Source: Candidatus Latescibacterota bacterium
GTDB lineage: Bacteria; Latescibacterota; UBA2968
Reading direction: 5' to 3'
Length of the DNA stretch: 64,000 bases
Assembly: GCA_965204745.1 (NCBI GenBank)
Contig: OZ242010.1
Span: forward strand, 3,104,001 to 3,168,000
In this document: positions 57,754 to 64,000 of the stretch, piece by piece
How the letters are laid out: each line of letters begins with the position of its first letter
How positions within the stretch are numbered: position 1 is the stretch's first letter
Notes under the pieces: generated by a model
What the model was told of the DNA's origin: nothing
What the model saw: only the letters and a program-made list of their open reading frames with translations
Databases searched by the model: none
Made by a program: the position numbers and the translations under genes

Positions 57754-58740
57754 ATGGGATTGGAGCAAGCGTTGAAACTCACGTACAAAGGCGAACCCTT
57801 GGGCCAGTCGCTAGACGATTTTGGCGGCTTGCGAGTGTCCAATGACGCGCTTGGTGATCGCGGCGAACTCGAGCGGCGAATGGCAGCGGATGGCTATTTG
57901 TTCTTAAAGAATTTTTTGCACAAAGACGAGGTGTTGGGCGCGCGTCAAGAGGTGATGAATCGGCTGATGGGCGCGGGCGTGTTGGACAACCGGTATCCTG
58001 CGATAGACGGCATCGCGGCCCCAGACCACGAGATCGACGGACGCGCCACGGGTTCGTTTATGCCATTGCTCGCGCGCGACAATCCGCCTTTGGACAAAGT
58101 GATTCACGAAGGGCCTATCATGGCGTTTTTTGAATTTTTCTTTGGCGGCCCTGCACGCTATTTTGACTATACGTGGTTTCGCGCCAAACGCCCCGGCTTG
58201 AACACCGCCACGACGCCGCACTGCGATATCGTCTATATGGGGCGCGGGACAAAAGCCCTTTATACCGCGTGGATTCCCTACGGCGATGTGCCCTTTCACA
58301 TGGGCGGTCTGATGCTCCTCGAAGGGTCGCACACCTTGCGCGATATCAAAGCGGGGTACGGATCGACAGATGTGGATTTGTACTGCGAAAACCGAGGCGA
58401 TGCCAAAGCCATTGTTGAACGCGCCCGCGCCGAGGGGCGAAATTTGACGCATGAAGAGCGGGCCGAGGTGAGGTGGAATTCAAGTGGTGCGTATTCCCAT
58501 GATGCGATAGCAACGCGCGGAGAACTCGGCGGTCGCTGGCTGGTATCGGAATATGAACTGGGGGATTTGCTGCTGTTCTCCATGTACACCCTGCACGCGA
58601 GTTCCGACAACCACTCCAATCAGTATCGCATTTCATCCGATACGCGCTATCAACGCGCAGACGAACCCGCAGACGAACGCTGGATCGGCAAAGACCCACC
58701 CGCCCACGGCATTCGCGCAAAACGCGGGATGGTGTGTTGA
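57754..58740 (+). CDS. PhyH family dioxygenase
   Basis: DGYLFLK, PHCDIVYMGRG, EGSH, LHAS, DTRYQ. Confidence 0.85.
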   Translation: MGLEQALKLTYKGEPLGQSLDDFGGLRVSNDALGDRGELERRMAADGYLFLKNFLHKDEVLGARQEVMNRLMGAGVLDNRYPAIDGIAAPDHEIDGRATGSFMPLLARDNPPLDKVIHEGPIMAFFEFFFGGPARYFDYTWFRAKRPGLNTATTPHCDIVYMGRGTKALYTAWIPYGDVPFHMGGLMLLEGSHTLRDIKAGYGSTDVDLYCENRGDAKAIVERARAEGRNLTHEERAEVRWNSSGAYSHDAIATRGELGGRWLVSEYELGDLLLFSMYTLHASSDNHSNQYRISSDTRYQRADEPADERWIGKDPPAHGIRAKRGMVC

Positions 58741-58871
58741 TTGTCGCATCACCTGAAGAGTTGAAAAATATGGAAAACGCGAACTCGCTTCTGAGATCAT
58801 GCGATAGACAGCGAGGCGATCACTTTCATCTGTTACCATTGAACTCGACAACGCAAAATAAGGAGGGGTTG

Positions 58872-59651
58872 ATGTCTTTGTTTTCTCTTGAAGGGCGCGT
58901 CGCCATTGTGACTGGGGCCGGGCGCGGGATTGGACGCGGCATTGCAGAGGGCTTGGCCGCACAGGGCGCGAGCGTGGTGTGTGCGGCGCGCACGCGGTCT
59001 CAACTGGACGAAGTGGTGGCGGCGATTGGCGATGCAGGCGGCGATGCGGTGGCGTGCGGGATGGACGTGAAAGACCTGGATTCCGTGCGCGGCGGCGTGG
59101 ATGCTACGCTCGACCAATACGGGCAAATCGACATTCTGGTCAACAACGCGGGCATGAATATCCGCGAGCCGTTTGAGGACGTGACCGAAGCGCATTACGA
59201 CGAGATCATGGCGGTCAACTTGAAGGGCCTGTACTTTTTGACGCAAGCCGTGGCAAAGCACATGATTTCGCGCGAGCAGGGCAAGATCATCCACATCGGC
59301 TCTTTGACGACGGGCGTGTCTTTGTCGCAAATCTCGGTGTACACAGCCACCAAGGGCGCGGTGGGGCAACTCGCAAAATCCCAAGCCCTGGAATTGGGGC
59401 CGCACAATATTCAGGTGAACGCCATCTGTCCGGGCTTTGTGCTCACGCCATTGACCGAAAGGTTGTGGGCCGATCCCACCATGCGCGCATGGGGCGAGTC
59501 GCGCGTGGCCGCAAAGCGGTTGGCAACGCCCCAAGATATGGTGGGCACTGCCGTGTTTCTCGCGGCGCCCGCGTCTGATTACGTCACCGGGCAGTCCATT
59601 TACGTGGATGGCGGGTTCATGGCGGGCGAGGCCTGGCCCTTGCCCGAGTAA
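58872..59651 (+). CDS. SDR oxidoreductase (gluconate 5-dehydrogenase-like)
   Basis: TGAGRGIG, NNAG, YTATK, VDGG. Confidence 0.92.
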   Translation: MSLFSLEGRVAIVTGAGRGIGRGIAEGLAAQGASVVCAARTRSQLDEVVAAIGDAGGDAVACGMDVKDLDSVRGGVDATLDQYGQIDILVNNAGMNIREPFEDVTEAHYDEIMAVNLKGLYFLTQAVAKHMISREQGKIIHIGSLTTGVSLSQISVYTATKGAVGQLAKSQALELGPHNIQVNAICPGFVLTPLTERLWADPTMRAWGESRVAAKRLATPQDMVGTAVFLAAPASDYVTGQSIYVDGGFMAGEAWPLPE

Positions 59652-59664
59652 TGGAGGGAGAGCG

Positions 59665-60666
59665 ATGGCGCGATACAGGGTGCAACAAGCGGATTTCCGT
59701 GGCGAGATGCTTTACGTGTTGCGGGATTTGGAGGCCGAACGAGAAGCCCGAATTTTGCCCTCTGTGGGCAATAATTGCATCGCGTACACAATGGGCGATG
59801 TCGATCTGATCTATTCACCGCCCGATCCCCAGACCTTGCAAGGCCGCGCGAGTGGATACGGCATTCCGATTTTGTTCCCGTGGCCAAACCGCATTGACGA
59901 GGGCAAGTTTTCGTTTGACGGCAACGCGTACCAACTCGCAACCCCCGCGCCGGGCGAGCACGCGTCGCACGGGTTCGTCCATGAGCGCCCGTGGCAAGTG
60001 ATCGACGTTGGCGCGTCAGAAGGCGCGTGGATGACGAGCCGCTTCCTATCGGCGGATTTCCCGGAAATTGGCGATCATTTTCCCTTTCCCTTTGAAGCAC
60101 GGGTGACGTATCGGCTGAAGGACGGGGTATTGTACCACGAATTTGAAGGCGTGAATGTGGGCGATGCGGACATGCCCGTGGGCCTGGGCATCCACCCGTA
60201 TTTTCCCTTGCCATTGACGAAAGATGGTGACCGGGATGCGTGTACGGTCCGCATGCCCGCCGCGACTTACTGGCCCTTGCGCGGGGATCCGATTCCGACC
60301 GGGGAGGTTTTGCCCGTTGATGGCACGGCGTATGACGTGCGAAAAGCCACGCCTTTGAAGGATCGGTTTTACGACGATGTCTGGTCCGGCGTGCAGTTGA
60401 CCCACGGGTGGAGCCGGTGCGAGTATGTGGATCCGACCGCCGAGGTCCGGATCGCAATGGAAGCCGATGATGCGTTCCGCGAACTCGTCCTGTACGCGCC
60501 CGATTCCCGGCCGATTGTGTGCTTTGAACCCTATACCTGCGCGACCAATGCCTTCAATCTGCAAAATCAGGGCATCGATGCCGGATTGATACGCCTGAAG
60601 CCCGGTGAAAAGCTGACAGGGGTCATGCGGATTAGCGGCGAGATTAAGCAAAAAGCAACCACATAA
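59665..60666 (+). CDS. Aldose 1-epimerase family protein
   Basis: LFPWPNRI, HGF, HPYF, CFEP. Confidence 0.88.
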   Translation: MARYRVQQADFRGEMLYVLRDLEAEREARILPSVGNNCIAYTMGDVDLIYSPPDPQTLQGRASGYGIPILFPWPNRIDEGKFSFDGNAYQLATPAPGEHASHGFVHERPWQVIDVGASEGAWMTSRFLSADFPEIGDHFPFPFEARVTYRLKDGVLYHEFEGVNVGDADMPVGLGIHPYFPLPLTKDGDRDACTVRMPAATYWPLRGDPIPTGEVLPVDGTAYDVRKATPLKDRFYDDVWSGVQLTHGWSRCEYVDPTAEVRIAMEADDAFRELVLYAPDSRPIVCFEPYTCATNAFNLQNQGIDAGLIRLKPGEKLTGVMRISGEIKQKATT

Positions 60667-60701
60667 GAACGCGGATGAAAGACGGACACAGGGCCTGTTA
60701 C

Positions 60702-60880
60702 TAGGCCCTGTTGACATTTACGGGCCCTGCAACTGGCTTGAGCGGTCTATCGGGCAAATCAAATCCTATCGCAGAATATTCTTTTGCTTTGAGAAACTCG
60801 GACAATCGCTCCTTCAGTTTTCTCGCCTTTTGCTACCACGCTCATCGTATTCACTGACGTTTCGCAGTTCAAATGACTTC
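60702..60880 (+). mobile_element. IS5-like MITE remnant
   Basis: TAGGCCCTGTTGACATTT end; inverted homologue of 43200-43372. Confidence 0.6.
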
Positions 60881-60891
60881 GGAGAAAGCGC

Positions 60892-62001
60892 GTGAATCCT
60901 GTGGTTGCACACAGCGCCAATCCTTTTTTGCCCTTGACCGCGGGTTGGATATACGATCAGGTGCGGGCATTGAAGCGGTATCGGCCCATTGTGATGACGC
61001 AGGCGCGGCAGAATTTGGATCGGTTTCCCATGGCGCCGGTTTTGTCAACCGAGGATTTTTCGTCCGCCCGCAGGCTGGCCCTGCGTCTCGCTCGCAAGGT
61101 GCGCGGCGTGTATATAGGGTATGAGCACTGGTTGCGCGAACACAACGCCGCGCTCATCCACGCGCATTTTGGGCAGGAAGGATATCGGTGTTTGTCCGCA
61201 AAGCAGCGCGTGGGCATTCCTCTGGTAACGACGTTTTACGGGCTGGATGTCTCGGCACTGCCCCGGCAGAGGATATGGCGGAGGCGATATGCACGGCTGT
61301 TTGCCGAGGGCGAGGTGTTCACGGTCGAAGGGCCATTGATGGGCGAGCGACTCATCGCGCTAGGCTGTGCGGCGAATCGGGTGGTCGTGCAACATTTGGG
61401 CGTGGATGTGTCGAAAATCCCGTTTGACGCAACGCCGGCAGACGGCCCGCCGGTGGTGCTGACGTACGCGGTGTTTCGGGAGAAAAAGGGATTGATCTAC
61501 GCGATTCGGGCATTTGCAAAAATCGCGGACAAGTATCCCGATGCCCAGTTGCGGATGATCGGCGACGGGCCTTTGCGCCCGCAGTTGGAGGCCGAGATTC
61601 AAAAGCGACGCATGGGCGAGCGCGTCACCATGTTGGGCCTGTTGTCGCATGCCGCCGCGCTCGAGGAATTGCGCCGCGCAACTGTGCTCCTCTATCCGAG
61701 CGTGACCGCGGCAGATGGCGATACCGAAGGCGGCGCGCCGGTCGCGTTGATCGAAGCGATGGCAATGGGCGTTCCCATTGTCTCGTCTTTGCACGCCGAT
61801 ATTCCCGAGGTCGTGATCGACGAATCGTGCGGACTGCTGTTTCCAGAACGCGATGTAGCGGGCTTGGCCGAGGGCTTGACCGCCACACTCAACGCGCCCA
61901 AACGCAACCGAGCGGCCCGTGCTCACGTTGTAGCGCGACACAATTTGGAGAAACAGGTCAAAAAATTAGAGGTGATTTACGATCAGGTGGTGGGCAAATA
62001 A
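60892..62001 (+). CDS. Glycosyltransferase family 4 (WcaL-like)
   Basis: IHAHFG, EKKG, GDGPL, DGDTEGGAPVALIEAMA. Confidence 0.88.
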   Translation: MNPVVAHSANPFLPLTAGWIYDQVRALKRYRPIVMTQARQNLDRFPMAPVLSTEDFSSARRLALRLARKVRGVYIGYEHWLREHNAALIHAHFGQEGYRCLSAKQRVGIPLVTTFYGLDVSALPRQRIWRRRYARLFAEGEVFTVEGPLMGERLIALGCAANRVVVQHLGVDVSKIPFDATPADGPPVVLTYAVFREKKGLIYAIRAFAKIADKYPDAQLRMIGDGPLRPQLEAEIQKRRMGERVTMLGLLSHAAALEELRRATVLLYPSVTAADGDTEGGAPVALIEAMAMGVPIVSSLHADIPEVVIDESCGLLFPERDVAGLAEGLTATLNAPKRNRAARAHVVARHNLEKQVKKLEVIYDQVVGK

Positions 62002-62188
62002 ATCGGCTCTCCTCGTTTTTGATTTGACAATTTTTCGCGGTTTCGTAGTATGTCTAACAATGTCGCCCATCTCAAATTCATCTGCAAAGGAGCGTATTTC
62101 ATGTCGCGTTTAGACCTTTTTGGCAGAGGGTTTTATGTCTATAAAAAACAACAACTTACCCCCCCACCCCCCCGAAAAATGTGATGCC

Positions 62189-63058
62189 ATGCGGCATAGG
62201 ACGAGGAAAAAGATGGCTTCGGTTATCGCACTGACAATCGCGTTGATCGCGCTTGGGACAGTTCCGATGCTGGCTCAAACGCCGACGGTGACGATCAGCC
62301 CTAGGGGCAATTACAGCAGCACTTGCTCCGGTGCGGACGCCATCGCGGGTGATCGCGACTGCGATTGGCCCGGCTTGCAGGTCGATGAGGGCGACCGCGT
62401 GGAGTTCGTCATTCGGTTGAACGATGTGCCCGCCAGGGCTTCGCGGGCGATCAGCGTGTCTTATTCCGCTTCTGGCAGTGCGTATAATGTGGATGACCTG
62501 CGCGGCGGGTTGTTGGGAAGTACGCTCAGTCGGGACGATATTCCCAGTTCGGCTGAACGCACTATCTTGGAACGGTATCCCTACAACGCGCTGTCATTCA
62601 GGATCGCGCGAGATGCCGATGCCAGCGACGAGGCCATCACCATGACATTGATCGGCGTTTCCACGGCGTCTGGGATCAACGCCTACACCATCGGCACGCC
62701 CTCAGCCGCGACGGTCGTCATTCGCGGTTCTGCGTCGAGTGCGAACAGCGCGCCCTCCTTCGGCGACCATGCGGTGACGGACAAGACCTTCACTGGCCTC
62801 AACGTTGCGATCCCGTCATTCCAACTACCCGCGGCAACAGGCGGGAATGGCGCGATTGCGTACACGGCTTTGGACCTGCCCGCGGGCCTGACGCTCGACG
62901 ACACGGGCAACGGGGCTTGCTCGGCCCCGCGCACGATCTGCGGCGCGCCCATTGCCGGCGAAACCGTCCGCGTGACCATCACCGCAACGGACGAGGATGC
63001 GGACAGGAGAAGCAGCGACGAGGCCACCCTGTTCTTCACCATCACCACCGGCGGTTAA
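62189..63058 (+). CDS. Secreted protein with Ig/cadherin-like domains, probably truncated
   Basis: Signal peptide; NSAPSF, LPAATGGNG..Y...LPAGL; ends abruptly at an unrelated gene scrap; start uncertain. Confidence 0.6.
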   Translation: MRHRTRKKMASVIALTIALIALGTVPMLAQTPTVTISPRGNYSSTCSGADAIAGDRDCDWPGLQVDEGDRVEFVIRLNDVPARASRAISVSYSASGSAYNVDDLRGGLLGSTLSRDDIPSSAERTILERYPYNALSFRIARDADASDEAITMTLIGVSTASGINAYTIGTPSAATVVIRGSASSANSAPSFGDHAVTDKTFTGLNVAIPSFQLPAATGGNGAIAYTALDLPAGLTLDDTGNGACSAPRTICGAPIAGETVRVTITATDEDADRRSSDEATLFFTITTGG

Positions 63059-63179
63059 AAACATCGCCGAGCACTATCGCACGCGCAAGTTGGGCAATCC
63101 AACGCTGATCGTGGATACCAACCACAACAATTCCAAGGAAAGGCTAAGCCAACACAAGGGTCTAAATCGGGAGACACAA

Positions 63180-63422
63180 ATGGCATTTATAGAACGCGGT
63201 ACAGTACAAGGTGGCAGTATTTTGCTCTCCAAGCCTTTGACCTTGTCTGAAGGTACGGAAGTCATCATACATATTGAACCGATCAATTCGGCACGCCAAA
63301 GGCCCACAGGCGATGAGGATAAAAATTTTGCCGATTTGCCTTTTTTTGGTATGTGGGCGGAACGCGAGGATATGCCCGACAGTACATTATGGGTGCGAAG
63401 CGCGAAAGGAGCAACGCGATGA
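63180..63422 (+). CDS. Antitoxin-like small protein (AF2212/DUF104-like)
   Basis: GTVQGG.I....L.L.EGTEV.I; FFGMWAEREDM. Confidence 0.5.
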   Translation: MAFIERGTVQGGSILLSKPLTLSEGTEVIIHIEPINSARQRPTGDEDKNFADLPFFGMWAEREDMPDSTLWVRSAKGATR

Positions 63423-63664
63423 CACGAGTCAATGTTTCGTCAGACGCGACAACTGTGGGCGATTTAACCATTGATGCGTTTCGGGAACTCGTCCGAGAAG
63501 TGGTCGTGCAAACGCTCTCGGACCTGCTGACCGACCCCGATGAAGGGCTGGCGTTGCGCGAGGACTTTGTCGAAGAACTCCAGCATTCCCTCGCGGCTGT
63601 GGAAGCAGGCGGCAAAACCATACCCGTGGATCAAGTCGCCGAAAAATTGGGGCTGACGTGGTGA
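63419..63664 (+). CDS. Putative antitoxin of RelE
   Basis: DLTIDAFRELV..DPDEGL.LREDF; TGATG coupling to relE. Confidence 0.65.
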   Translation: MTRVNVSSDATTVGDLTIDAFRELVREVVVQTLSDLLTDPDEGLALREDFVEELQHSLAAVEAGGKTIPVDQVAEKLGLTW

Positions 63665-63927
63665 TGTATCGCGTGGAATTGACGCCCAGTGCCGAAGCCA
63701 ATTTAGGCCGTCTGAACGCGCCAGCCGCGCAACGAGTACTCAAAAGACTGCGGTGGCTAGCCGAGAACTTTGAGACGATTAGACCTGAAGCGCTTACAGG
63801 ACAATGGCGGGGTATGTTCAAGTTGCGTGCCGGCGATTACCGAGTTCTCTATACCTGTAATCGGATAAACCAAAAAATTGTCGTTCACTTTGTCAAACAC
63901 CGTCGAGAAGTGTACAAAATTAAGTAG
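63664..63927 (+). CDS. relE: RelE/ParE family toxin
   Basis: YRVEL, KLRAGDYRVLY, HRREVY. Confidence 0.88.
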   Translation: MYRVELTPSAEANLGRLNAPAAQRVLKRLRWLAENFETIRPEALTGQWRGMFKLRAGDYRVLYTCNRINQKIVVHFVKHRREVYKIK

Positions 63928-63931
63928 AATC

Positions 63932-63957
63932 GTAGGGACAGGCCCCCGTGCCTGTCC
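63932..63957. repeat. GTAG-type REP palindrome
   Basis: GTAGGGACAGGC..GCCTGTCC; relatives near 4905, 29721, 44371 and 56911. Confidence 0.65.
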
Positions 63958-64000
63958 GAAGCAGGGACGGGTTGAGGTATGCCAGTATATAGATCAAGAA

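Noticed and set aside
62062-62070. GTCGCCCAT as another cassette site
   Set aside because: Only the right arm is present, with no GGGCGAC partner.

Overview
GC-rich bacterial chromosomal window. The gene content suggests an FCB-group lineage such as Latescibacterota/Gemmatimonadota or Poribacteria-like, possibly sponge-associated; this is an inference. It carries five PhyH dioxygenases, two sulfatases, GH29/GH151-like fucosidases, three DUF6785-like membrane proteins, a TonB receptor/CTD protein/PorV triad, dockerin- and Calx-beta-type secreted proteins, and the housekeeping genes hom, cysK, ssb and degP. The main novelty candidate is an AT-richer island at 14899-20989, bounded by a 172-bp direct repeat. 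Inside it, unrelated small genes are separated by five copies (plus one degenerate copy) of a 26-28 bp imperfect palindrome, TGGGCGACGCC-TATTCT-AAAGTCGCCCA. This has 11-6-11 dif-like geometry and looks like a gene-cassette array with no recombinase in the window. Other notable items: two IS607-family elements whose TnpB has a rearranged (pro-Fanzor-like) RuvC and no Zn-finger cysteines, both inserted at GAGG; an IS982 element; an IS5-derived MITE family; a giant adhesin-like gene bracketed by long inverted repeats; a candidate structured ncRNA; a sigma54 promoter with enhancer driving an ECF sigma/ABC exporter operon; and several toxin-antitoxin modules and gene scraps. No rRNA, tRNA or CRISPR array was recognised. 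All calls were made by eye, without database searches.
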